The notes under the pieces were generated by a model. It did not search any database, was not told the origin of the DNA, and saw only the letters and a program-made list of their open reading frames with translations. A DNA stretch of 64,000 bases, taken from Amoeboaphelidium protococcarum X5 (lineage: Eukaryota > Fungi > Aphelidiomycota). Shown here piece by piece: positions 1-13,502 of this stretch (within the stretch, counting starts at the first letter, position 1; each line of letters starts with the position of its first letter). Made by a program: the position numbers and the translations under genes. The stretch covers positions 434,001 to 498,000 of the forward strand of contig JALDTO010000192.1 of the NCBI GenBank assembly GCA_023515725.1, written 5' to 3'.

Positions 1-2719
1 TGTGAACTCTATCTCCACATCGAAGGGTGGTACTCATGTCAACCATGTTGCTGATACTGTTGTATCCAAGATTATTGATGCCATTCAGAAGAAGAATAAG
101 GCTGCTCCTGTCAAGTCATTTTAAATCAAGAATTAAATGTGGCTATTCATTAATTGTCTTATTGAAAATCCTGCCTTCGACTCTCAGACCAAAGAAAATA
201 TGACTTTGAAATCTAGTCAGTTTGGAAGCAAATGTGCAATTAGTGATGAGTTTGTTAATAAGGTGAAAAAGTCTGGCCTGATTGAGAATGTCTTGCATTG
301 GGCTAAATCCAAATAAGACCTCATGTTGAAGAGGACTGATGGATCTAAGCGAATCAGAATTGCTGGAATCACAAAGCTTGATGATGCGAACAAGGCCGGT
401 TCCAAGGATGGTTCCAAGTGTACATTGATTGTTACTGAGGGAGACAGTGCTAAAACTCTGGCCGTTACCGGTCTAGGTGTCATTGGCAGAGATTATTATG
501 GCGTGTTTCCATTGCGTGGTAAGTTGCTAAATGTCCGTGAAGCTACTCACAAGCAGATTATGGAGAATGCAGAGATTAATAATATAAAGTAGATTATGGG
601 CCTGTAGCATGGTAAGAAGTACACTGATACGTCGACCCTTCGCTACGGACATTTGATGATCATGACTGATCAGGATCACGATGGTTCCCATATCAAAGGT
701 TTGATACTGAATTTCCTGGATCACTTCTTCCCTGAGCTGCTTCATCTGGAAGGTTTCTTGTGCGAATTTATTACTCCGATTGTGAAAGCTACTAAAGGAA
801 AGAACTCTGTTACTTTTTATACCATACCTGAGTACGAGTAGTGGCTCGAGGAGACTGATGGCGCAGTTGGCTGGAGTATTAAATATTACAAGGGTCTCGG
901 AACCAGTACCAAGGAAGATGCCAAGTAGTATTTCTTGAATCTTGCTCATCATAAGAAGGAGTTTGGTCCGATTTCTGAAGAGGAGCGTGATATGATTGAT
1001 ATGGCTTTTAATAAGAAGAAGACGGATAATAGAAAAGAGTGGTTGAGAGCTTTCAAGCCTGGCACTTTTATTGATCACAGCACTGATCAGATTAGTGTAT
1101 CAGATTTTATTAATAAAGAGCTAATTCTGTTCAGCATGGCTGATAATATCAGATCTATTCCTAATGTCGTTGATGGGTTGAAGCCTGGTTTGCGCAAGAT
1201 TGTCTATGCTTGTTTCAAAAGAAATCTAGTGAAGGGTGAGATCAAGGTTGCGCAGCTTAGTGGTTATGTTGCTGAGCACTCTGCATATCATCATGGTGAA
1301 GTCAGTCTTTAGTCGTCTATCGTTGGTTTGGCATAGAACTTTGTTGGTAGCAATAATATCAATTTACTGGAGCCTATCGGTTAGTTTGGTAGTCGCTTGC
1401 AAGGAGGTAAAGATGCTGCAAGCGCTCGTTATATTTTCACTCGACTGACTTCTATCGCTCGTAAAATATTTCACAAATTCGATGACAATCTGTTGAAATA
1501 TCTGACTGATGATGGCCAAAAGATTGAGCCCGATTGGTACATTCCTGTGATGCCGCTGTTGTTGGTAAATGGAGGTGAAGGTATTGGTACGGGTTGGAGT
1601 TGCTCTATTCCTAATTACAATCCAAGAGATATCGTGGAGAATTTGAAGAGATTGATGCTGAATTAAGAGATGGTCCAAATGCATCCATGGTATCGCGGAT
1701 TCCACGGCGATTTGGTAGACTTAGGAAATGGAAAGTATAATGTGTGCGGTAAGATCACCAAGGTTGATGCAACGACTTTGGAAATTACCGAACTTCCTGT
1801 ACGCTTCTGGACTCAGACTTACAAAGAGTTTCTGGAGTCTCTGCTGACTGGAAATGAAAAGACTCCTGCGTTCATCAAGGACTACAAGGAATACCACTCT
1901 GACTCTACTGTGCACTTTGTTATTCATTTGACTGAAGCCAATATGGCTGCTGCAGAGAAGGAAGGCTTGGAAAAGAAGTTCAAGATGGTCTCTTCAATTT
2001 CCACGTCTAACATGGTATGCTTCGATCCAGAAGGTAGAATAAAAAAGTATGCCAATGCCTTGGAGATTCTATAAGAGTTCTATCATCTTCGTCTCCAGTA
2101 TTATCAGAAGCGTAAAGAGTTCCTTGCAGATCAACTGACTCAAGATTGGACCGTATTGGACAATAAGGTGCGCTTTATTATGGAGATTATTTAGGGAAAG
2201 CTAGTAGTTCAGAATCGAAAGAAGAATGATATTATTGCCGAGCTGTAGAAGCGCGATTACAAGCCGATGCCAAAGACTGGTAAGAAGTTATCCGATGATA
2301 ATGCTGACGATAGTGATGATGATAGTGGCCCATCGATGGCTGGTAGCTACGACTATCTGCTCTCTATGGCTATTTGGAGTTTGACTGCCGAGAAGGTGAC
2401 GAAGTTGAAGGAGGACCGCGCCAAGAAGCAACAAGAACTTGATGAATTGTTAGCAACCGGTGTGAAGGATTTGTGGATTAGAGATCTGAATGACTTTATG
2501 GACGAGTGGAACAAGATGGAGTCTGATTTGAATGAAGCAGATCTCAAGTCTACCAAAGGAATCCAACAGGCTGGTGGTGCAGGAAACAAAGGCAAGAAAG
2601 GTGCTGCTAAGAGCAAGGCTCCTGCGAAGAAGAAGGTGGTAAAGAAGTTTGACGTGTCAGATGATGATGATGATGACGAGATTGAAGAATCGGAAGATGA
2701 CAGTGACTTTATGGCTTGA
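1..2719 (+). CDS. TOP2: DNA topoisomerase II (5' partial)
   Basis: One frame (from nt 2) when TAA/TAG=Gln. Motifs GGTHV, TEGDSA, PLRGKLLNV, IMTDQDHDGSHIKGL, YYKGLGTS, YHHGE, A(Q)NFVGSNN, G(Q)FGSR and ASARYIFT. Ends at TGA 2717-2719. Confidence 0.98.
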
Positions 2720-3043
2720 TTTGTGTGGTTGGTGTATAAATTTGTAAGTATGATTAGTTTGAGAAACATGATAGTTTTATTATTATGCGCTTCTTTATAT
2801 ATAAGCTCACTGCGTTTATTACTTCGATTGCGGTCGTTACTCAAAACATGGTTGCCATGGATCTATTTATAGCAGACATTGAATTACTTGGAGATATAAA
2901 AATTCATTTACATTGTAATGAGCCTTTTAATAGTTGATTGTTCAGACATTTGTAAAGTTGTACTCCTAAATTTTGTGTATTGATTGTTACAAAATACTGT
3001 TTATACTGCTGCATCTATTGATTGACCGATTATAATTATAACA

Positions 3044-5383
3044 ATGGTCTCAATCAATCAATTTGTACTAATCGCTGCATTGGCATCAGTCTCTTTGGCA
3101 GCCTCTAATCTTCCGCGCTTTAGATCTTCAGCTGGTACGCCTTAAGTCATTAGTCAGTTTAGTGATAATTATGTATCATCCGGCTAAAGATTGTGCTTGA
3201 GAAGTGACAACAAATTGTTTGCTGCCTAAACTTTTTAGAATGTCAGCGGATCGACTGGTGGCCTGTTTAGCTCCTATTATGGCGGCAATTTTACTGCAGC
3301 ATCTGCTGACTAATTCTACACTGTACCGTCCGAATTCAAGATGAAGGGCGCATTCTGCGGCTAATCTGGATCTAATGCAGTGAGTTATGTGTTGACGTAG
3401 TACGACATTGATCTTTAGCACAGCTCTTACATGATCTTTGTTATTGATCCAGTCACTGGCAGTCTTCTGAAGACAGTCACCTATGACACCAGTAACTAGG
3501 CCGGTAATGACAGAGTTATCAATCCGGTTCATCTTACTGTTGACCGTCTGACTGGTGACATCTATGTACTGGGCACGAATAACAACTTTCAGTATGTCGT
3601 CACACGGCATCCTGGGGGTGGTAACAATACAGTGGTGGCCTTCTTTCAGAATGACGATGCCGCGTAGATTCCTACTTAATTAAGAACTTCCCCTTTGGTT
3701 GCAGACGCTGGTATTGTATTTGTATTGGGTGGTGCCTAGCGTACTAAAGTTAACGGAGTCGAAGTAAAAGGTGTTTAAAATGTGTTTGTGGTGCGTATGA
3801 ACATGAAGACACCTGCTGAACTTGGCATCACGACAAGCACTACAACTACGACGACTGTTGATACTACCAGTGAGACTACCAGTACTACTACCACTACAAT
3901 GTTTACTACCTTGATGTCTGCCAATTCAACAGTGTCTACTGTATATGTGAATATGTCTTCTACCTTCAGCACAGCCTCATTTGAGGTATCCACATCATCC
4001 ACTGAATCTACCACTACCACTACCGATGAGGTAACAACAGCTTCATTGAGTCCATCTCCTGTAGTTTAGGAATTTAGTGGCAAACCTGACTGGACGTTTG
4101 TGTTTGGCACTGATGATCTTGATCAAAATGTTGGATTTGATACACCTACTGGAATGTCGGTATCCGCGGATGGAAAAAGCTTATTTGTCTATGGATACTC
4201 TTTTGGCAATATGAGCTCCAACTACACGAATAAGGGCTTTCAAGACTTGTTCGTCACCAGATTATCTATCAATGACACTGGTGCTCAATTGACTTGGACC
4301 GTGATGTACGGCACTCAATTTTCAGAATTTTTGACCACCGGCACTTTGGATTCCACTCGCGGTATCCTGCACGTTGGTGGAAACGCTAAATCTCCTCTAT
4401 TCAGCGGGCTTCCGTTTTATGGCGAGAGAGATATGTTTATCATGTCTTTGAACACCTCTGATGGTTCAGTGTTGGATGTGTGGTAATGGGGATTGCCCAA
4501 GCCATTTGAAAGTTTTACGCGTGAGCTGAGAGTAGATAACACGAATGGAGTGTTATACATGTTTGGTCAATCTGAGGGGAAGCTGTTTGGTATTAACACC
4601 AATACTTGGGGTAATTCAACAAGTTTCATCGCAAGAATTGGACCGGTTATCGTGCCGTCATCGACTACTATCAGTGCCTAGTCTTCTCTGCCTACCGCAT
4701 CTTTGAATGCCACCTTGACGATTACTGAGACTCTGAGTGTGTCTTAGCTGAGCGCCACATTTACACCAACATAGACAAACGGCGGACCAATTATTGATGG
4801 CAATGCGTTGCTCGGTGCATTGCTGGGAATTTGGGTAGCCTTCTAGTGGGTTGTGATTGTAGTAGGTGTTGTCATAGTTTTATTGCTAGCTTTGGCTATT
4901 TACTGTTGCTGCTGCAGAAAGCGCAAACAAGCCAAGGCTCCGGAATCGTTTGATTTCAAGCCTCCTGTGCCTGTTGCCTCTGTCAGAGGAACATCCCAAG
5001 TACCATCTGCAGAAGGTAAATCGGATCTGAACAGACGCGCTTCTGTGAGCAGTAGATTTAATGCTGACTCTTCTGCGTCGATCTCGCAGTAACAGTAACA
5101 GCAACCGGACCTGTTTAGTGATAAGTTTGCCGCTGGCTCATCTCAGGCAATGGGATCATCAAGTGCTGTGCAGAGAAATGCTTCTGTCCGCCGCCAGATG
5201 AGCACGAGATAAACGGCAGACATATCAACTGCATTCGGCAGTATCCCACAGCCAAATGTAATGGGATCTAGCTTTTCGAATAGTAACAATTTTGATATGA
5301 TGGCCTCATCTCAAACTGGAAAGGCCAAGGTTGATGATTTGGACGCGCTAGCTGATGAGCTACAGAATAAGTTTGACTTTTGA
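3044..5383 (+). CDS. Type I membrane surface protein (779 aa): signal peptide, beta-propeller-like domain, Thr/Ser stalk, SBBP-like propeller repeats, TM helix, cytosolic tail
   Basis: Continuous code-6 ORF starting MVSINQFVLIAALASVSLA. Poly-T/S region about 3830-4060. Repeats 'GFQDLFVTRL..W.VMYGT' and 'GERDMFIMSL'. TM IVVGVVIVLLLALAIY followed by CCCCRKRK. TGA 5381-5383. Confidence 0.85.
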
Positions 5384-5724
5384 AAAGAGGTGAGAAAGAG
5401 AAATTTAATGTTCAAGAGTCTTGCTTCTATTTTATAATTTCAACTTTGTATATATGTGGAGTAACAATAGGCATATCGTTGATTTAGCAGTTATAGTTAG
5501 ACTTCGTGTTTCATCTCGGCGGCTTCCCCATTTGCGAATCGTTCCGTTTTGACGTTTCGCTTTGAGGCTTTCCTCTTTCGCGCTTTGACTGAAACAACAA
5601 CATCAACTCTGCGCAGAAATACTGTCTCCTACCTGTATTACTGTAATTGCAACGCTGATTTTGCTTTATCTCTGGCTTTTCTATACATTAAAATATTAAT
5701 TTAAAGACAGATTCAGGGAGTATT

Positions 5725-8700
5725 ATGTGGGAGGTGTTGTGGAAGGTGGCGAGTTAGTAGTTTACATGGGATGATGTCAAGTTGTTCTGTGCACTGTATC
5801 CATTATAGTCAATTTCTATTGTGTTCACTGTTTTGGCTTGTACATTTGTCTTATTCTACACTAAACTGGTACATTTAATTATATTTGCTGGAATTGGATT
5901 TATTGCTGGTTACATTGTATTTCTGCCTAATTAATTGAATTCATAATAATCCTGGTATTAGTAGAATTAGTTTAGAATCACTGCCAAATCTGTGTAAAGC
6001 TTAAATTCTGTCAATGCAGACGCGGAACATCATCATTTTCAAGATAAATCTCATCACTCTTAGTCTGTTTCATCATTGTTAACAAAGTTGGACACTTGTA
6101 CAGTATTAGATCCTTTATTGAATGAATTGGTGGATCTATTTCTCAAAGATTTCATCCACTTCTGGTATGATTCCCTTAATGTATCCAAAAGCCTCAGTTT
6201 TCCCAATTAAGTTAGAAGTGCCCTGTCTGTGGCCATTAATAGATTCTATGTAATTATGAAGAAGGTTGGTGCATTTCAATCTACTGATGGTATAGATAAG
6301 AGGAAGATTATGAAAACGTTATCCTATCTGTCATCTTCACTGATAAAAAGTCTTGGCTTCTATCGATAATTTGAGCTGTCAGAGTAATCTTGGGATGAAT
6401 TTACTAAATTGAATGTTTAAATACAGGTTGGATAAAAGAATTATGTCCAGCGATTAGGAGATGTATCTTATAGACTACTCCAGGCTCTTGTGCCAGAGGA
6501 TGATTTTAAAAGTCCTTGTATGAGATTGATTGTATAAGAATTGCTGTCTGGCAGCGTGTTATGGCCCATAGTCTAGCATTATGCCCAGCCAGAGATATTG
6601 TGCAGCATAATACTGAGAATTCTCGTCAAGGATCCCGCTAAGAGTCTGTAGCAGAGTGGTCATGCTAATAGTTAATTGCTGTAGTAGGAGAGGCGCAAAT
6701 CATTGCATGGCATTGCTCCTGTCCAGCTCACCACCATGGACGTGCTGAAGAAAAATGACTTGTTTGCCATGTTTATGGAGTATATGGAATAGATTAATGC
6801 TCCATCGTATCTTCGTTTCTGGACCAATGTAGATATCTACTGTCAAGTATCATCGTTATAATTGAAAGAGCTCTAGTCATTGGATGATGGAGAAGAATCG
6901 AATTTTAATGACATTGATGGTGATAGAAAACATGCCATGGATCTTATTAGAGCCGATGCCAGGACAGTGTTTGATGCTCATTTTGCTCCGTACGCAGAAC
7001 TGCCTATAAAATTGGTGTCTCTGTCCACTATGCCGAGCAGCTATTTAGAGAATCTAACTCTATCTGATAAATCTGATGCTGATAAAGTGGAGTAGCAGCT
7101 CAAGTAAATTCATGAAGAGCGAGTTAGAGAATTAAAACTGGCTTTGGAAGATAGCGGTCATATATCTGCTGAGTGTTTTGATAAGACTAAGGATTACGTG
7201 TTGAATATCTTGGAGTCTGATTACTTGGATGGATTTAAAAAGTCTGAAAAGTTTAAAAAGTATTTTGGCATCGATCAAGAATCTAAACCTCTTGAGAATA
7301 TAGTCGTTAATGACGATAATAAGACAGAAAATAAAGAATCTGCTTAAAAACCTACATCCTCTTCTTAATAGAATAATCAGGATAATGAAATAACGAGTGG
7401 TGAGTTGACCTTTTTGCCTACTTAAAAGTTAAAAGACTTGCCCTCTTAGGAAACAGTTGGTGTGAATCCCTCTGCTTCTACTTAGAAGGAGTAAGATGTT
7501 AATCTCGTACCGGCTGAAGTCCCACAGTCGGCAGATGTCACTTCTTAGTCTACTGCGTAGCAGGTTGAAGTTGGCGCGGATGAATTGTCTAGTTTGCGTC
7601 AAGATAAATCATTGAATGCCGATGAAGAGGCTCTGCTTCATTTGGCTGCAGCTATAACATAGCTTAGAGAGTAGCATCATCTTCTATCTGACCGCATGGC
7701 TGATCTGAAGCGTAAGCAGAATGCCATGCCCATGCCTAGTATTGAGATTGGATCTCAATTGCGTAAGCTTACCCGGAATAAGAAAGACTTGGAGCGTTAG
7801 ATGGCAATGTTGGTCACCTCGGCTAACGATATGATGATGGCTAATAGTAATAATGCGCGATCGTCTTCTTCTTCTTAGGAGGATATCGATTAGCAGAGTG
7901 AGAGTGGATAATAAGTGGAATCTGTGCAGTTGCAAGAGCGTCTACATCTGACAGCGATTAAAGTTAGCGTGATGGATGTGACAATAGTCGCTGATTCTGA
8001 TCTCGATCGCAGTGGAAACTCAACGATGATTGGCGGTGGTAGTAATACTTTGAATGCAAGCAACAGTACACTAAGTAATGGTAGTAGTAGTGGTAGTAGT
8101 AAGCTCACCAATCCTGTGGGTGCCTTGACTGGACTGACCAAGCGTATGATTTCAACTGCTCAGCAGAACTTTGACCAATTGCGTCAGTAGAGTAACACTG
8201 GTTCTATTAATAGCTAATCTCTGACTAAGCGGCTTAAGAATACAGTGTTCTTGTTGCAAGTGGAGCCTCAGTAGAGTGATCTGAAAGGCTGGCTTCTATC
8301 ACGGTCTTATCCAGACATTCTGGCATTGCACACTCAGCTGAAGACTCTATTCCCGAAGGTGAGCAAGATTGATTTACCTACTCTGAGCAGGCCTCAATCT
8401 TTAGGTAGTAGTAGTCAGCAGCAGATCAATGATAATGAATTGCGACTGCGTAGACTGAAAGATGATGTTGATCATTACTTGAAAATGCTGGTCGGGGATC
8501 AGCTGATTTGTGAATCTCGCGCCATGCAGCTCTTCTTTACTCCAGACGGCGGTCACTCTGGTCTTGGCCCAGTGCTCCGCTCTGCCACTCCGTCAATTAT
8601 ACAGGGAGGTCCCACTGGTACTAGTATGAAACAGTTGAGATCTGGTAATATCTCGGAGAATGTTCGCGAGAGTCTTAATAAGATACTCAGATCTCTGCCC

Positions 8701-9603
8701 ACTTTTGGATAGTAATACTAAATTTCAAGTCATTTGGGATAATAGAAAGATGGTTCACAGAATTCCACCAGGGGCAGATCACAGAGTTAGGCAACGTCTG
8801 TGAGAGATCCACTGGGCTCAAAGTCACCATAACGTAGACTATCTATCGCATCGTCTACAGGGACTACAGCGTATCCATAGAGTGTCAACACTTAAAAGGA
8901 ATTGCCAGATTTGATCAATCAAGGATTCCTTCTGGTCACTGAATTTTTCGATCTCAATGCCAAGAATTAATGGCTCAGGCGTAAAGGTTTGCAAATTATT
9001 CGGTCCTTATTCTTGGAGTAAACTATTGTTGGAAGTGCTGTAAGTGTTGGCGGCGGTGGAGCCTTGAATGATCTTGACACTAAATCGTCCAACAAGATGG
9101 TATCATTGATTGAGGAGAGTATTTTTGGTAGTGCAGAGTATCTTTTTTAGCAAGTGATTATAGATTCTGAGATGAAGCTGTGGTTGTAAAGTCTTATGGA
9201 TTCGTATTGGCCACTGCCAGAGAGGAAATGGTACTCCGCAGTGCCCAATTACAAGCCTCCTGCTAAAGACGCCATTATAATTGATGGTGCCGTTGATAAG
9301 TTGAACGATGTTGTGATGGAATACTTGGAGCAGTCGAATGATGTTCTGCCCAGATATGCTTTCCGGTTATTGGGAAGTTCCAATACGGTTCAATCATTCC
9401 AGAGGTGTCTGCGAATGCTCACAAATAAGGATATGAATGCTCATATAATGATTGAATTTCTAGAGATTATAACAGAGACTATTATAGCTGGAAGTTATAG
9501 TTATAATAATAATGGCATAAATGGCAAAGGAAGTCAAAGCTTAGACTACATCAATTATAATAATAACATCAACATCAATTCTACTTCGGATATATACATC
9601 TGA
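5725..9603 (+). CDS. PXA-RGS-PX-PXC sorting nexin (SNX13/14/25, Mdm1-like)
   Basis: N-terminal hydrophobic segments. PXA 'LNELVDLFLKDFIHFWYDSL..FPNQVR'; RGS 'FMEYMEQINAPSYLRFWTNVD'; PX 'RSYPDILALHTQLKTLFP'; Nexin_C 'EFFDLNAKNQWLRRK'. Single frame to TGA 9601-9603. Confidence 0.9.
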
Positions 9604-10810
9604 GTACGACTAGACTAATCAACAAAGCCAAAAACTTCTCCTTGAATGATAGCTAACTTGTTAAATTAGAAATTAAACTATTTTGCACTAGTCTGATTAT
9701 AATCCAGAACCAATTTTTAATCTTGTTCAGAGTATTCTTATAACGACCGCCAATCTTACCACCAGCCTACAACTGAACATCGTTATCATCATCACCATCC
9801 TACAAGTCCTCATCAGGATGAAAGGATACTTTATTACGAAAAGATCTGGCTGTATGATACTGCTATTCTCTAGACATTACACTGATGGCATCATCTCTGC
9901 AATCCACGTATTCATCTTCACTATCCTAATGCATAGAGTCAAATAGAGAGTAGGCATTCTTCAGGCCATTAGATAGAGCCAGAGATTCAACAACATCACC
10001 AGAGTGATAAAGAGCAGCTGCAGCAGCAGTAGAGGATGAAGAAGACACCAGGAGAAGATTATCCGTTGATGGAGGACTCTCCTGGATTTCATTCAATGGT
10101 AATCCGGATTGATCCTATTGTATTCGCTCCACCATCTCTTTGAGAGCACTAATCTCCATCAGCTAGCGCATAACAAACTGATAATAGTCGGCATTATCAT
10201 CATAAGGCAGATGATGGTACCCACCGTACTTGATTGGCACCTGACTAGGATCAATGTACTCTGTAATATCATCATAATTAGAGATAAACTTTACTCGGTT
10301 CATGTTCAAACCATTACTGTTATTAGATGTTGGTAATACAGAGAAGAATCCCTTCACAATCCAGTTCATATTTACAAACATGCACACATTGATACAGTGA
10401 GGATACTTTCTATTCAGCTATCTAATATGATCAAAGTAATTGGCGACATTAATACCATAGCTGGCTGTCAGGTTCTCACAATCAAAAATCATGGTTATTT
10501 TGAGTTGTTGTTGTTGTTACTATTATTACTGCACCTGCACACCATCTATAAAAGTCCCAGTGTTGTCACCAACAACACCATGATCGCTGTTATTATGTTT
10601 ATGTAATTCTGAGGCAATTTCCAGTATTAGATAGAATTCCTGAGGTTTAAGATCATCATTCAAGTCAACTATAATCACCTGGTCACCATTCAAGTCTTTA
10701 GATCCCGAGAACTTCACATTGTACTTTACACCAGATTCATAATCTTCCTAAATAAACTTGCACAACTAACTCTTCTTTTAAATTGTTCGATACGATGAAG
10801 AAGTCGACAT
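9575..10810 (-). CDS. CRAL-TRIO (Sec14-like) lipid-binding protein with FFAT-like motif and hydrophobic C-terminus
   Basis: 'MIFDCENL...RKYPHCINVCMFVNMNWIVKGFFSVL...VKFI...EYIDPSQVPIKYGG' fits CRAL-TRIO. Also DSEDEYVDCRDD and C-terminal FLALLISLVVLRCIYP. First in-frame TGA at 9577-9575. Confidence 0.8.
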
Positions 10811-11097
10811 TTTAAATATATAATAGAATTTAGTATTATATACATGTAATTGGGTTGACACTAAAAGTATATACCGTAAGTTAAATTGACTGAATCAGAG
10901 CAATAACAGAAAGAGAAACAAGAGCCGTGAGAGAAACAACAAAGCGCGCCGATCACTTGAGAAATGCAGTAGATCGACGTTGACTGAATGACTCTAATAC
11001 TATAAGCGAGGGAAATGGTTGATGTAATATCATGCAATAATATTAGTTGTATATGAATATCTCATTGAATACAATACACGAGTGTAGAGATCTATAA

Positions 11098-12099
11098 TCA
11101 GATCTCCAACCAATCTTTAATGTAAACGCAAGATTGTGGGGAGATTATGCCACTTGGAGCACATTCATTATGAACAGGGCACATTGAACACGGACTCGAA
11201 TTACTCCAACTGTTAAATTTTATGTGCGCACCACCGTCGCTATTAAGTTGAGATTAGGCAGATTGAGGATGAAGTCGCCATTTCACCGTGTTACCATCTT
11301 GATATTGGATAAGAGTTCTGTCGTAGGTGAGCATGGTCAACAACTGTTCCAAATCTGCAAGCGATAATTCCATCTCTGATATAGTCTACTCTTTGACAAA
11401 CTTGAGAATCTGGTTGGATGTTACTCCATTGTGAGTGGGGACTTCGAGCGAGATGTTGCCAACACCACTACCACCACTTGATTATCCATAACCACCATTC
11501 TGACTCCATACACCATGACCACCAACTGAGGCGATCATAGAGCCACTTCCCCGTCCATCTGATCCATCTTGACTGGCGATAAAACGCGTCGTGGCCAGAG
11601 TCAGTTACCTCACCAGGTCGGCATCAAGCGTAGAGTTTTGGTAGAACATACCACCCACAATTTCTGAATTAGGTGTGACTCCACAACAGATATACATCTT
11701 TCGTGTGGGACATTTCACGTTGGTGATACTCTTGATGTAATTCAAATTCATCAAATTCTTGATCGCCTTCGTCACCACCGACCTGTGAAAGCCAGTCTTG
11801 TTCAGAATGTCCCTCATCCAGATACCGCTGCCACCCGATGCCTGGACGTGTGTGTATATTCCATACTCTTCGGGAGTCATTTGCTTCATCAACTGCTGTT
11901 CAGACTCACTTACAGCTTTCAAGATCACTTCATTGCTATCCCCAGTCATGATGGTGATTTTCTTCTAGCCCGATAGCTGATTGATTATACCACCAAGATC
12001 TTCCACTTTCACGTCCACCTCCTTCAAAATATCCTGTGATGATATTCCATTCGCTCTCTACTGTATAACTTCTAATACTTGCTCGCTTTTATCAGCCAT
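11098..12099 (-). CDS. RPC34: RNA polymerase III subunit RPC34/RPC6
   Basis: 'SGGSGIWMRDI...KSITNVKCPTRKMYI...PNSEIVGGMFY' plus C-terminal Fe-S motif PCSMCPVHNEC..SPQSCVYIKDWL. TGA 11100-11098. Confidence 0.93.
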
Positions 12100-12553
12100 C
12101 AAGATGTAAATATTTTAAAAATTTCTTTAACTTTAAATTTTCAGTGTTATTCAGAGAGAGAAGATGATGAAGTGATGATACTAAATGTACTGTTAAGATT
12201 AGAACGCGACCTGATAATTCTTACTTATATGAGCCAAATGAGTTAAAATAATTCATGTCAAAATACATGCATATTTTGAAGAAGTGTTGTGTTATTATTT
12301 CCGCTTTAAAAGAAGGCACATTGAAACTGCTAGATTTATCATGCGGAAGTCTTATAAGATTCGCTGAGTGATTGTAACCTCGAGGAACGCCGCTGTGATA
12401 CGTGGCTGAGCCGGAGACGTCAGCCAACTTGTAAATGAGATAGAGATGTTTCGCTTCTCACATGAATCATTTATCGAGTTGAGATTCTAGTTGAATTGTG
12501 CTAAGCTGCTTTCATTCTTTTACAAAGAGTTTAGAATTTATAGATAGATTATC

Positions 12554-13339
12554 ATGTTGTTTATCATTGTTTCATTGATCGCGTCGCTGCTGATCTCACA
12601 CATTACATGTGCCCCAGTGAATACGCCAAGGCACAGCCTTACGTCGCCATTTGACACTCTATCTACTGATTATATAGGCACCAGTTTATCGTAAGAGCTA
12701 TTGAATAGAAATGCTGGCAATGCTGGTCATTAACCACCGGTCGCGTCGTAATATGCTAGCTAGTTCGGTTCAGTGTAAACGGTGTGGGATATCAATGAAG
12801 ATGATGTTACGAGCCCGATAAGATTTGAAATTAGAGAAGCTCAAAATGAAGTATCCACTGCTTCAGGTAATGATGCATCTGATAGTATATAGAGCTCGTA
12901 GTCGAATTAGTTATTACACGCGACTGATAGATAGTAGAGTGATAGACTTGGGTAGTATCTTCACCATAATAGTTTCATAGAAACGCCTTAGACAAGTCGA
13001 TAAAACTCAGCCACTCATCAAGCAATTGACCCGTCTGATTTATACCGCCGCCTATAAGATCCTAATTTTTAATAGTCATCACGTAATGGCGGGAGAAATT
13101 TGTAATCGAAGACGTATCAAGTTGATGAGAATCTTTTGAGGTAGCGGCGACCTGTGGATTCTGTCCATGGTGATTGCTCTGTATGCCTCAACATTTAGAA
13201 AGATCCTGTGTCTCTGGATTGTAGGCATTGCTTCTGCTTCGACTGCATCAAGTAATGGTTACCAATCTCGGGTAATTGTCCCAATTGTAGACTACCCGAC
13301 TCTGCTGCTACAGAAATTATCGATGATGCTGAGTCATGA
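12554..13339 (+). CDS. Signal peptide + disordered Q/S-rich region + C-terminal C3HC4 RING (261 aa), candidate secreted E3 ligase
   Basis: Starts MLFIIVSLIASLLISHITCAP. RING CSVCLNIQKDPVSLDCRHCFCFDCIKQWLPISGNCPNCR at about 13175-13291. No TM helix. TGA 13337-13339. Confidence 0.88.
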
Positions 13340-13502
13340 CTTTTATATTAATATAGATAACTAGCCATTTAATCCTCAGATATAACTCTATCATATGGTC
13401 CATCGTCTTTAACAAACTATTATAACGCGATAAATGCAAAAGATTGATAAATCATGATAGAAAATGACATCAATCCCGTTCATTTTATTCACCGCAGATC
13501 AT

